From NCBI GenBank assembly GCA_051294375.1, contig CM119264.1, positions 7,821,301 through 7,885,300 on the forward strand: a stretch of 64,000 nucleotides of DNA. Reading direction: 5' to 3'. How positions within the stretch are numbered: position 1 is the first letter of the stretch; the number at the start of each line of letters is the position of its first letter. This document shows positions 50,051 to 62,500 of the stretch, piece by piece. This stretch comes from Paraspadella gotoi (Eukaryota > Animalia > Chaetognatha). Position numbers and translations under genes: made by a program. Below the pieces are notes generated by a model. The model was given only the letters and a program-made list of their open reading frames with translations, was not told the DNA's origin and made no database searches.

Positions 50051-50226
50051 AATTTTACTTTCGCCGATAGGGGTTTTGGCGTCTTTTAAAAAACCAATTA
50101 ATAAAAATTATTACATAATTATCCTAACCCTAAACCCTGTTAACCTTAACTACCCCTAACCTTAAACCACCTTTAAACTACCCTTAACCCTAACCCCCCC
50201 AAACCCCGGTCGGCGAAAGTAAAATT
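50051..50226. mobile_element. Short MITE with ~25-bp TIRs and internal telomere-like (TAACCC) repeats
   Basis: aattttactttcgccga(ta)ggggttt ... aaacccc(gg)tcggcgaaagtaaaatt. A solo right end recurs at ~55041-55076. Confidence 0.8.
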
Positions 50227-50401
50227 AACCAAAAGCCCAAAAGCCCAAAAGGATGGATTTTTGAATTGGGAAGAATGAATTAAGAATGAAAGCAAATTAT
50301 CAACAAAAAAAAATAGTATTCCTGTGCCTTCCCGTGCCAGAGAATTGAGAAAAAAGCCAGATATAAGATAGGCAAGTCTAACAGATTTTTAATTTTATCT
50401 A

Positions 50402-50569
50402 TAATTATGTATTAGCATTCTTTTCGTTGAGTTTGTGAATTAAGGAAAAAAGTTTTTGACTTTTGACAATGCTAATAAAGACTCTAAAATGAATGAGTCG
50501 AAACATGTCCAGACTATTAAAACTGTCAATAAATTCGTTGTCAAAAGTCAAAAACTTTTTTCCTTAATT
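50402..50569 (+). mobile_element. Penelope-like terminal remnant: degenerate hammerhead enclosed by a perfect 32-bp inverted repeat
   Basis: Arms 50438-50469 and 50538-50569. Inside: CTAATAA-A-gactc.taaaatgaat.gagtc-GAAAC-ATGTC (50472-50509). A 13-bp direct repeat ttaattttatcta lies at 50389-50401 and 50564-50576. Confidence 0.65.
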
Positions 50570-50942
50570 TTATCTATCTAATAAAATCTGGTAAAAATCA
50601 AAACCAGTGGCGAAAAAAGAGATCTTTACTTTCAAATATCACTGTACTTTTTCACGTCCCCTTTTCTTCACGCTGCTGCTACCCATCTATTAACTTTTTC
50701 ATAGATCCCTGCAATTAAAGATGAGAGGTTTTATAGCCGAATGCTTGCTTCTAATTAATAAGTTAATCGCCTCAATATTTGCAATATTTCTTTAATAATA
50801 ATTTAACTCAGTTCGAAACACTCCTAACGAAATTAATAAGCAACAATTTAATATAATTTTACATATTTTTTAAATCTATTACTAAACTTCCTACCTGTTG
50901 CCGCTAGAAACTTTAATCTTTCTCCAATATTGCTAATTTCAA

Positions 50943-53900
50943 TCAGGATCGTAATGTCTCCTTCATTGCACTTCGAATTTCTTCCTCCATGTTGATAGTT
51001 TTTGGACACTGAGTAATTAATTATTATACTTAAAACTGAAAGATCAAATAGAATTTAGGGTAAATTAGGGTAATATTTCTTGTTATCATAACCGCTGGTC
51101 AAATCGCTATGCTATGCTCTCAAAAAAAGTTGGTAAAAAGAATAATTGATACTTCAAAAATTAGCAAAATAACTTCCGCTTCTTTCTTGTTAATACATTA
51201 GTAATTACCTTTAATTAGTATTACCTTTAATTGCATTTGGTTTGGATTTGCTCCACCTTTCCAGCGTGGCGGTATAATGACTTCCGGCAAAGCTGTAAGG
51301 CAAATGTTGTTTGACTACAATTAACTAAATAGCTTCGTGTGAATACTGGAAATCACTCTAATTACATTAAAAGTATTTTATTTCTTTCCCATAACAAATA
51401 AGTGTCTTTGTAGTAAACCTGGTTCGTCTGTGGCGATATTAAAAGGTCGCCACATCAGCATCTGGGCGCCGTTCGCGTGAGGAGGCTCCATGGCACACCG
51501 CGGAATCGGCATGTTTCGTGACAAGATCTATGTGTTTATTTTACTTCGTTATTAGATCTATCACAATTATTATGACGATATTCAATATGATATATAATGT
51601 ATATATATCCACCTCTGGAGGACTTTGAGTCCTTACACCAAAGAGTTTAGCACGTTGGCCACGAGGGGCGTGGGGGTCGATAGCGATATCAATTTGCGCC
51701 CTCCAGGTCACAGTAAGTAAGACAATCAGTTCCTTTGACTCTTCGTTTCGAGCAATTAGCCAAGTGTAGAACGTCTTTTCAAGAAATAGTGAGATTACAT
51801 CTTTATACAGGATTTAGCGATATGATTGACAAGGTACAACAGACCAAAAATATAAAACAAGTAATCTTTCAATTTTTCATAAAATATAAAAATATAAAAT
51901 ATAAAATTTTATCATTATTTGATGCTAGTGCGGAGTACAATATAGTATTCGGCCTAGGGGAGTGTTTTTTTTTATACAATTAAAACATTCTTTGAACTAC
52001 TATACCACTTCATTAATAGGGAAACCAGGTACTCTGGGAGTGAATTAACGAGACTGAGAGAGTCTGCAATGTCATTATCTTGTAACAGTTATTTATTAAA
52101 TAAATAGATAATTTTATATTGATTGTGCCAATTTCATAACTTACCTGGTCGCGTTGAATTTTTGTAAGAAGACATTTTTTTGTTCCCCCTGCTCGAATGA
52201 CGTCTCGCGGAGAGACAGCAATCGGCGGCATCCATGTCACTGGGCAAAAAATTGACTAGGTGTTTAGTGAAAGATGCTAATTTTTCCAGTTCCACCCTTA
52301 CCTTGAGGATAAAAGCTGTCGTTCATTTTGACTTTGAAAGCGATGGATTTGGTCGTTGGTCCGTGAATCAAGTTTATCTCGTGGTGGTCGCCATACCTGT
52401 TGTTGTCCGAAATTTACCATCATGATCATCATTTTCCGTCTCAGAAAACAAGCAAATAATTTAAATCTACCAGGGAAAATGCTTCCCGTCGCTGTCCGAA
52501 ACCATCGGCTGCTCCTCGGCGTTAAGCTGGGGAAACTCCCAGCTGGTTAATCCTAGAGATGGGAAGATAATCAATCCACGCAAAATAACTTGTTTTTGAA
52601 TGCGCAGAATCTTAATTACCCAGTTTCCCGTAGACATTAATAAACTTCATGGACGAGCAAGCCTGTTCAACAGTAACTATTCTGAGTATTTATTATTGAT
52701 GAAACAGCGGGAAATATGGAAGGATTTGACACAAGCAGCAACAGTAACAGTAACGGTTTCTAGCATTATTGCAGTATTTATTAATTTTATTTGCTGCGAA
52801 GCAAGGGGGGAAGTCAGAAACCCGGAAAGGATAATCGTAAATGTGCGAATTGTTTATGCCATGTTGGCTACTTTTCCGTACCTGTAGCCATCCAATTTTC
52901 CAAGTTTCGTAGGCAGGAATAGCAGGAAAAAGTACATTGGCTGATGTATGAAACGACGGCGATTGATACTTGATTACGACGTTGGAACTCTCGTCAAGTT
53001 CTGTAGGATTTATTTACTATTTTCAACGCCCCGAATACCTTTTCGGAGAGTTCATTTATTTTTTACCTGTCACTTTCGGTTCTATGTAGGTTGAAATACC
53101 AATGATTTTGATGTTGTCCGCCACCCATTGGATGTCGGTCTTTGGCAAAATACCCGAGGGCAGTGGCTCTCGATTCTGATTTCGATTTTTCTGTTTGATT
53201 TTCTTGGCCTAACGTATTGTTTGAGATAGAAGACATAATCAGTTTTTCTTCATCAAAAGATCTAAAATTGCTAAAAATTGCTAAAAAATTGAAGGGAGTT
53301 TAAATCAAAACATTAGTTGATAAAATTGTCTGCTTTGGTTAAATTCGTTTTTGTTTTATTTTTAGTTTTGTTTGGTTTAGCTTTTTGTTTTTATTTTGAT
53401 AAAGAGCTATCTTTGTCAGCATGATTTTTTTTCCATGTTCCGCGAAAGGTATTTGTAGCTCGCCTCGGGGTCGCGCAAAAGTCGTTGGTCGCTTCCACCG
53501 TGGTCGTTTAGGCGCGCCCGATCGTGTCGGATCGGATCGGTTGCGGATTGACGCCGCCCGCGGTTGTTGTTGTTGGATTCTCTAAAGGTTTTGGATAAAG
53601 AATCACCCTTCTAAATGTACTAAAAAAAATCACTTAAATATAATATTGTCATAGTACGAATGCATCGATTGAAAAGAATTAACTTTATTGTCTAAATTTG
53701 ATGTTCTGATTTATTTCTTGTTGCATATAGTCAAAAGGTCTTGAATTCTACTTCCAACATTTCATCATTGAAGAGGGTAGTAACTATTACTTAGTAAAGC
53801 TTTTATTTTCTACACTTTTTATAAAATTATTGCTGTTTGTGGAATGACCGAATAAAATGGAGATGATCGGCCGAGGAGTTGGTGGTGACCAGGAGATGAC

Positions 53901-54138
53901 TGCTCGATTTTGTGAGCACTTCTTTAGAAAACGCCGTCGACGACGTATTTTCCTCGGATCCGTCCTCTTCAGCGACGGTTTCTGCGTTTTCAACCTCTAG
54001 CACCCCCTGTGGCTCCACGCTTTCGCATATGAGAGGCTCTTCTGGACGTATCTCTAGACGGCTGCTCGATCTTCCGTCCTCAACGACGCTGGATCTCAAG
54101 CTGATGCTGCTCGATTTGCTGGAAACGACGCCCATCAT
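50943..54138 (-). CDS. FAM78: FAM78 family protein with N-terminal extension
   Basis: Exons 54138-53849, 53581-53464 (GC donor), 53208-53067, 53000-52882 (ETWKIGWLQ), 52662-52620 (ACSSMKFINVYGKL), 52552-52471 (GLTSWEFP..SDSDGKHFP), 52396-52302 (WYG..GPT..MNDSFYPQ), 52239-52145 (VTWMPP..IQRDQ), 51774-51613 (TFYTWLIA..GQRAKL), 51527-51419 (ANGAQMLMWRP), 51292-51225 (VIIPP). These motifs match remembered FAM78A/B. The last exon and stop (51008-50943) are uncertain. Confidence 0.85.
52016..52140. repeat. Dispersed repeat, copy 2 (internally deleted)
   Basis: Homologous to 22921-23125 in the same orientation. Confidence 0.8.
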
Positions 54139-54770
54139 TATCGGCCTCATTTCTTTTTTAAGCAAAGCTGCTTACATTTACAACATTTGACATATTCAAA
54201 AAAAAAAAAATTAAAAAATGACAAAAAGCATAAACAACCCCTATAATCTAATAGATCCTAAAACCCCTTCGACGACGATCTAACGTGAAAGTTTAGAGGT
54301 TATGATTGACAAGAACTTGATATTACAGTATCAATCTTATCCTTATCAATTTCACCTAATTAAAGAAGTGGGAAAATTTTAAAATTTGCTAAAATTATTA
54401 TTTTCATTCGTCATTTTATTTATTCTTGCTTTGTCCCGTACTTTCTTCATTCTGATTTTATTGATGTTCTTTTGAAAAACATGCTTATTCTGTGATCCAT
54501 TAGAGGGACTTCATCATCTGCAATTTTTTTAGACAAATAGACAACCGAAGTCGGTTTTGTTATGCCTCACCCAAAAAGTAAGTCTTGTTGCTACAAAACT
54601 GCAAAACGTTTCCACAAATTTCTCAAAAATGATCGTTATTTGAGATGAATGAGGATCATTATTAACTAATTAAAAATTTATGCGGTATGAGACAATGGAT
54701 TTGCTATGAATTGTATGCCGCAACGTACCTGTGCTCTGCCTGTGGTTTCTAAACATTACCGGAGTAAAGC

Positions 54771-57700
54771 ATGAATTTTATGGAAAGTAAGGATGTCAAA
54801 TTTTTGGCCGTTTTTATTTAATACAAATACTTTACAATCATATTATTAAAAATTCCTGGGCTTCAGATCTTGATTCGGAAAAAGATGACGAGGACGAACG
54901 ATTCATGTCACCGGGAAATTTTTCCTCCTGCGACGAAAATCCGTCTCCCTATCGGTGAGGTTCTTCCTCTAATTTAATTTGTTTAATGGTTTTAAATTTC
55001 CAACGTAAATAATTTTTAGGAGCGGACTAAAGGCTAAAAGTAACCCCCCCTCACCCCGGTCGGCGAAAGTAAAATTATGCCAAAAAAGGAATCGGCGAAA
55101 CCAATTCAAATTGCCAGAACGCTTTTAATTTTGCAGGGGTTTCGGTCGTGTCCAACCCGATGAGGAACTGGAGGGCGACGAGGAGACGGTCTTCGATCGC
55201 TCAGTTCTGCTTCGTTCCTCCAAGACGAAATCCTCTCGCTCAGCGGGCATCGATCCAACTTGCAAAATCCTGGGCACAGGTTGTATATTGTTATAAATGA
55301 TGAATATTATATTAAAAAGCCACATCAGCATTTAAAATACAAATTTTGAAATAAAAAACTGAAATATTTTAATTTAACAATTAGATAAAAAAGCGAACAG
55401 GGTCCAGTAAGGAAATATTTCTAAAAAAACCTAAATTGGATTAGTGAGAACTGATAAGGCTTAACCAGCTGTCGTTCGAGTTTTGAATGTTGAAAATGTC
55501 GTGAGTGATTTTTCGTTTGTCTTATTCTGAGCTTTTTTAATAAATCATCGATCGAATAATATCTCGCGCAATTTACGTATATTTTGAAGATTATATTTTG
55601 TAATTGTTTTTATTGATGGATGGATCTTATCCATAGTATAATCATACAACCAATTTCTCAACTTAGTTATACTTGTTCTTTTCTACCGACATCAGGTCAT
55701 TTGAGTGGCGTAAAATCGTCACCCATGGGGTCTCAGCACGGTGCCCTCCGTGCCTTCGTCACGGTCCTACTTTACTCGTCTTTTTTCGCTCTTGGAATGG
55801 GCATCGCAATTCTTGGTCCGACTCTTCTCGATCTCGCTCAACACGTCGACCTCGCAATCGACCAAATCTCCAGCTTGTTTCCGGGTAAGAGGCGGCCGAT
55901 GGGCAAAAAGAGACTGAAGAGTGGAGAGTGAAGGTTAACCATCATCCGAACTAGGATCCCAATACATTGGTTTTACAATAAATAGAACCGAGCAACTTTT
56001 TGGTGCCTTAATTGGTCAGCTCGTTCGGTGGGCTACCTCGTGGGGTCGGTTCTCGGTGGATGCTTAGTCGACGCCGTGAATCCAGCCTGCGCCATGGCCT
56101 TGCCACTCTTCCTCTGCGCGGTCGGCACGGCGATCATCCCGTGGATGACCTACCCGGTTGCGCTTGGAGCTGCCATCTCCGCCAAGGGTCTCGGTGCCGG
56201 AATGCTTGACACAGGCTAGTATACTACGATTTATTCACTTTTCTAAATTTCCACAACTGCTGCAGGATTTGAACCTGTAATGGAAAACACCGCTTTGTCA
56301 AAATAAATTTAAAACACGTTTTTTTCAATATTTTTTCAGCCGGTAACGTGGTTTGCCTAAATCTTTGGCCAGACTCTCCCCCAGCAATGCAGGCCTTGCA
56401 TTTCTTCTTCGGACTGGGCGCATTTTCTGCCCCCCTCATCGCCGAGCCCTTCCTGTCTAGCGCCAATACCACCGGCTCCTCCAATGAATCATTACTGTTG
56501 CACAAGTGCCGTTTTTTCTTAATATCCTTTTGAGCTTAGTTTCCACCTTTGCCATATAGTTACTCTTTCTCCCATCAGATATCAAAACCTTCACGCTGTT
56601 CCCTACCGAAATCTAAACGCAACGACGCTAAGGGACGTCGGACTCCCGACGATGCAACCGTCGAAGCCCTCGACGCCTCCTCTGTCCGCAAACCTTAACG
56701 CTTCGTCAGTTAACTCTACCGCGCCGCGTTCCGCTGAAGGTGCGATTGACTCCAGGAAGCCTACTCGTCGAGAGTAATGTCGTTTATATTATTTTTACGC
56801 GTTCCGCACGCAATTTTCAGAAATCCTCGAGGCTTTTCTACTCGCCGCATCGGACTTCTCCAGCATTAACACTCCCTACCTTATCGTGGGAGGTTCGTGT
56901 CTTCTCTTGTCCTTCTGCTTCTTTTTCGTGTGCTGCTTTCGGGCACGCGCGCTGCGGATGCTGGCGTCCAGCGGAAAGTACGCGGAAGACGAGAGGGAAG
57001 CAGGCGACGCCGGGGTAAGTTTATCTCACACATTTTATGGAAAAAATAATAATCCAAACCTTAATCGCCCCGAACTTAGATGGCTCTTTTAGACGGTGAC
57101 CCCTCGGCCTCTAGTGGGTCAATAGCGAAACAGAACAAGAACAAACTCACAAGAGAGCAAAAGAGCAAAGAGCATCGGACCTTTAAGATTCGCGTCCTGA
57201 CGCTGCTCTTTTTTCTCTTCGCCCTCTACGTCGGCATGGAAGTCACTTACGGGGGTTTCATCCTTACTTACGCCGTCAAAGGACCTCCGAAGTTGAACAA
57301 GGTCTGATTATGACAGAGTTAACGGGGTTAACCGTCGGTTTTTACTGGATCTTACGAAAATTAACCTCGGGAAGCTTATTTCGTAATGAATAATTCTGTA
57401 CGTGCTACCAAGGTGAAATATTAGAAGAAGAAAAAACCGATTTTCGTCCGCAGGATGAAGCGGCATACCTGACTTCCGTCTTTTGGGGTTCGTTCTCCGT
57501 GGGCCGTCTGCTGGCGATCCCCATGGCCAAGCTCTTAACGCCGGGGATGCAGATGGTGGCTGATATCGCCCTCACTGGTATCAGCGCCATGGGCCTCGTG
57601 ATCAGCGGAAGAAAAATCCCGTCGATTTTGTGGGTCTGCTCCGCCACCTTGGGTTTGGGTAACTTCTCGGAACTTTTAAGAATTATGATAATTTCGTTAC

Positions 57701-58298
57701 CGCTCTTTTCATTTATAATTATATATTGTATTCAATCACTCGTGATTTCAGGCATGGCCTCCATTTTTCCAACCGGAATCAATTGGACCGAACAGTATTT
57801 TCTTTTGACGGGCAAAAGCACCGCCGTACTAGTCGTCGCCGCCGCCGCAGGCGAAATGGTCATCCCCGTCGTCACCGGTCAACTCTTTCATTACGAGGGA
57901 CCCATTTCTCTTATGTACATCGTTTTGGCTGTATCCATTGGTAGGTTTCTCCTGATATATAGTTCACCTTTTATAAAGGCTTTATAATTGTTAAATGTAA
58001 TAAGCATTTCGTCTTTTTTCTTTTTTTATCAGCCACCTTGGTTATCTTCTTGCTGTTGCTGCGACTTGCCATTGGAAAGCCGATGATTAAGCGGTCGGTA
58101 TCAGAACAGTCGGGATTCCTCAGCGACATGGACACTCTTGATCTCGACGACGCAGACTTTAGAAGTCAACAACAACAACAAAGCCCTAAGCTCTTTCGAC
58201 TCGGCAATTCCGCGACGACGACGCCGGAGCCTTCAAAAAAACGCGTCACTTTTAAACTAAATGATTCTTCGAAAGACTACGTCAAACTGGACGATTAA
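54771..58298 (+). CDS. MFSD4: MFS transporter, MFSD4/NaGLT1 (FucP-related) family
   Basis: Exons 54771-54786, 54867-54954, 55136-55279, 55696-55884 (FFALGMGIAILGPTLLDLA), 56020-56214 (RSVGYLVGSVLGG; GC donor), 56340-56505 (GNVVCLNLW..MQALHFFFGLGAFSAPLIAEPFL), 56579-56739, 56821-57014, 57080-57301 (YVGMEVTYGGFILTYA), 57454-57658 (LTSVFWGSFSVGRLLAI), 57752-57940, 58033-58298. The first exon is tentative. Confidence 0.88.
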
Positions 58299-58795
58299 TC
58301 TGCAGATACTTCCATGAATGTTAGTGTTCTTCTTTAGGCAATAGTGATGAGCGGGGTTTTCCGGAGTTTATGGCCAACAATAGTAAGTGCATAGAGATTT
58401 TATGCATAACCTGGATGAAAGACGATCACCTACGTTTTGCCTTACTCTCACAATTAAACAAAATTTGTAGTCTTCGCACTAATCAGCGCTCTCATTTTTA
58501 CTCTCGTGAGTATTCCTTCCCTCGCCCAACCCCCCTTATGGGGGCCCACTGAAAAAGAAAGTCTCGTGCTCGGCCTCATGATTTAGTCGTGTCCGTCGTG
58601 GTAAGCTGCTTGGCCGAGGCTCCTTCGCGTGTTCTCGCCGAACCTGCAGCAGCACGGCGCCGCAGGAGCCGCAATGTGATGCAGCGATTTAGAGAAGAAG
58701 CGAGAACCTACTATAGGAGATGCGAACCCGAATCCCTCTTCCTTCATTCCTGACTCGATTCGTTCTGGTCGCTCTGCTCCTCCTCCTTTTGAGCT

Positions 58796-58929
<134 letters not shown>

Positions 58930-59513
58930 AAGACTGCCACGGCGACCTCGCCTCCATGACAGATACGTCGAATATGTCCTGCACCTATTTCTTCTCTTTT
59001 CCGGAAGTTGAAGTTTTTTAGGAAGTCTTCTTTGTGCCGATCGTTATCATTATAATTCTTTCTTTCTTGTGTTTATTCAATATTATACGATTATTTGTTT
59101 ATCCCATTCTCTTACCGAGCTGTCTAAACATTTCATCCTTCGCCCCACAAACCTTCCGATTCGCCTTTTTAATTCCAGATTCGTAATTTAAAATCCGTCA
59201 GCGGGTGGGAATCGCGATACGTTTCTCGCCATTTGACACCATTTTTAAAATCCGGATCACGAATTTTTCCCCAATTTCCTTTTCATCGTTTTTTATCTCT
59301 AATTGACGTCAAACCTTCGTCGCTATAACTTAAATTCATTGCGAAAACTCGCGTATTTTCTTTTCGATTTCTTAATATTTTGGAAAAAATAGAAGCAGCA
59401 CCCAAAACGCGAACCGGGCTTGCGAATCTGACTGAAGCTAAAGCTGTCGGGGTCCCTCGTCCTTTCCCTCGCCCGCGGCTTTATCGTCAACGATTTACAT
59501 CCCCACTTATCGA

Positions 59514-62500
59514 ATGCAATTCAAGACCAGTTACAACACCCCCTTCACGGACAGGGACTTCGAGAGAAAGCCTCCCTCGGTTCCTCTCTCAGGCCCGTCA
59601 GGTGCGTACGGAAAAAACAATTTTCTTGTCAGGCTCGTGGATAGAGAGAGTGGTTGCTTAAGCTAATTAACAAGGGTTAGGAAGCTATTGATGTTACTGC
59701 TGGAAAAACGTATGAGTTGCTTTCCGCTTTGTCAGGAGTGGCCGTTCCCCATGTCAACCTAGCGCAGGCAGCCAGTTCTGGCCACGCCGCGACTACGGTT
59801 CACGGATCCCAAGGCTGCTTTCAAAGCGCCCCGCAGTGTCAGTCAAATTCACAGAACCTACATAAAGGTCTTAACAGTGAAGCTTATTTGCCTCCACCAT
59901 TGCGAAGCCAGAATCAACATGGGATTACAGGTTTGTTGTTGTATCAAAGGGTTTATGAGCGTGCTACATAACTAAAAATATATCATTGTAGACTATATCG
60001 TTACGTTTAAAGATTTAAAGAATGTAACGAATTTATTGGTTATTGGTGAGGGCAGGTTGAAGTTAAGGACAGATAACTTGACTTCAACCTGTCCTCACCA
60101 ATAACCACTGTCTATTCTCAACTCTGTGTTGGAAAACTTTTGTTCTCTCTCAATCTCTCTCTCTACCTTTTCTTTTGCACATAATTTTATTTCTAAATCA
60201 AAACTGTTAACGCCGATGATGGCTTAAAATACAAAAGCCGAAACATGTCCGTTTTGTACTAAAAAAAATTTGTTACAGAAACTAATTCAAATCTTGAAGA
60301 GACAGTAATTAATGTTATGGGTTAGTGACATAACCGTTCAATTTAGTAGTCCCTGAGCTTCAGATCAGCCTGTAACACCGTGTTACAGGCGGGTTAAGCG
60401 CCCCGTCTCTCTTAACTGCTAGGCGAACCCCGGGCTAGAACCCCGGACCTTTGGGTTGGGAGGCGAATAACTTGCCTTCCACACCAATGGCCGCTGATGA
60501 ACGGTTGGTGGATTTTAGTCCACCATAACCTTTTCATTAAATAATTTTTGTTAATACGGGATGTTTACAATATCAGGCGCTCCAAACGAATTTAGCGCCT
60601 CTGGTGCAAATCCGAACGGGTTCGGAGCTGATTTTACACGGCAACACTTTAACAACCATCACAATCAATACCATCAGCAGACCAACCAGACCTATGCCAC
60701 AAGCCAAAATACCGACTTTGAAAACCAACACGCCGATCAATGGGTACCTTCAAGGTTTGTAATTCTTTATTATTCGTCGAATTCGACGGTGATTCCCTTC
60801 TAGTCAATCCCTTCTAGTCAATCTAGTCAAATTTAAGATAAATGTATTTGTATTCAAACCAACCAACCAGTAAAGTTAATTTCAATGAAACCTTCTCCAT
60901 CCCAGCGTTGTAAAGAGAGATGCTCCTTCTGCCAATCAATACAACAAACATCATTCACAACACCAATACCCGGCTCCACAACCATACAAAGGAAACGTCA
61001 ATTCGAATCACCACCACCATCACTACGGGAATTACGAGCGGGAGGGTCCTCCTGTCAACCAGCGCGGTCCGCCCTACGCGGGCGCCGGCGTTCGCGAGCA
61101 CGAGGCGCCGCCCTCTCGCGCCTCGTACCCACGAGGTCCCAACTCTCAGCGGGAGACGTCGCCTCGCGGCGGCGGCGGAAACGGCGTTGTCGTCGGTGGA
61201 GGCTACAACCAGGAGCCGCCCTACGGCGACAGACGAGGAGGACCCAACGGAAACAGCGGTTATAACCGCTTTAACCAGTCGCCCCCTGGCGCCATCGACC
61301 GTAATGGTCCTGAGCGCGGCGGCCACCATCAGTTCCTCGCGGGGCAAACCAACGTTCATCTGAATCACTGTCCGCCGCCTGCCTATCAGGCTAATAAGAA
61401 CGCAGGCACTCCCGCCAACGGCGGTCCCGGCTTTGGGAATGTAGGGGGCGCGGAGCCCAACGGCAACTTCGGTGGCGGCGGCCCTCACGGCCCACGTAAT
61501 TTACTCGCCTTAGATCCCCGCCACCCCAGCGGGGCACGTCAACATCACCATCAGCGCGGCGTCTCGCCCAACTCGACGTCGGCGCCATCTCCACCTTACC
61601 CGAGTGAAGATACCCGATCCGGATTCCCGCCACATGGTCAAGATCAGAGGCCGCCTGGCAACCTCTATCAGGATATTCCATCCCGGGCGCCGCATCAAGA
61701 TCATCGCGCGCCTGGAACGCGACCGGACCCCAGAGGTCCGCAGCCGCCAATCGTCGCTTTTAACGCCGGGGCCTCGCCGCCCGATCTTGGTGGCGACTGG
61801 GTTCCCGGCGTCAAAGAGCCGGGACCTTATCCTGGTTTTAATTCGGGGTTTGGCCCAGCAAACGCGCCGTTTTCGCAGCGCCAGTCGGTGCCCAACAAGG
61901 ATCTCGAGCCCCCGAAGAGGGAGAACGTTTACCACCCGCCGCCTCATCGACGACAAGAGCCACCCTTTGAAAGATACGGGAATAAAGAGAGAGATCCTAG
62001 CGAATCCGAACGAGGCAGGACCGGCTACCCTGGGGCCGGCGGTGGTGGTCTGGGGGAAAAGGGCCGCGGGGGCGGCGGCGGAGTCGCCGAGGGCCGCGAT
62101 CATCTCGAAGTTGAAACTAGGGACTCTCGCTCTGGTGGAATCGTCCCTCTTCTTCCTGCCCCGAAAAGTCGCGGCCTGGATCATTCGCCACGGGGAGGGG
62201 CGGCGGCGCCTTCGTCGCTGAGCGCCGTTCAAGATCAGTGGAACTCTGAACCTCGGGTGCCGTCGTCGATCGCGGCGAAAGGAAACAGATCGAACGTCGC
62301 CGGTCAACAATCGCCGGATCTCGGGCTTGGTGAGGATAATTGCTTTATTGTAAATGTGATTCACGATTTTATGAAATAAATTATTGACTTAAGTAGGTTC
62401 TGTGTCTTATTTTCCCCAGGACCAACAAGTTCAGCTTCCCATCCAGTCCCGTTGTTTCCACCCGGCGTTCCTCCTCCTTCCTCTGGGACGAGGCCCGGGC

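Noticed and set aside
60494-60530. CTGATGA followed by a hairpin in the tRNA-like repeat, read as a hammerhead
   Set aside because: Neither copy has the required GAAA or stem III after the hairpin.
60885-62364. Long overlapping and antisense ORFs (61510-62364, 61604-62221, 60955-61488; likewise 12222-12647)
   Set aside because: Expected shadows of GC-rich low-complexity exons; the phase-consistent frame explains the region.
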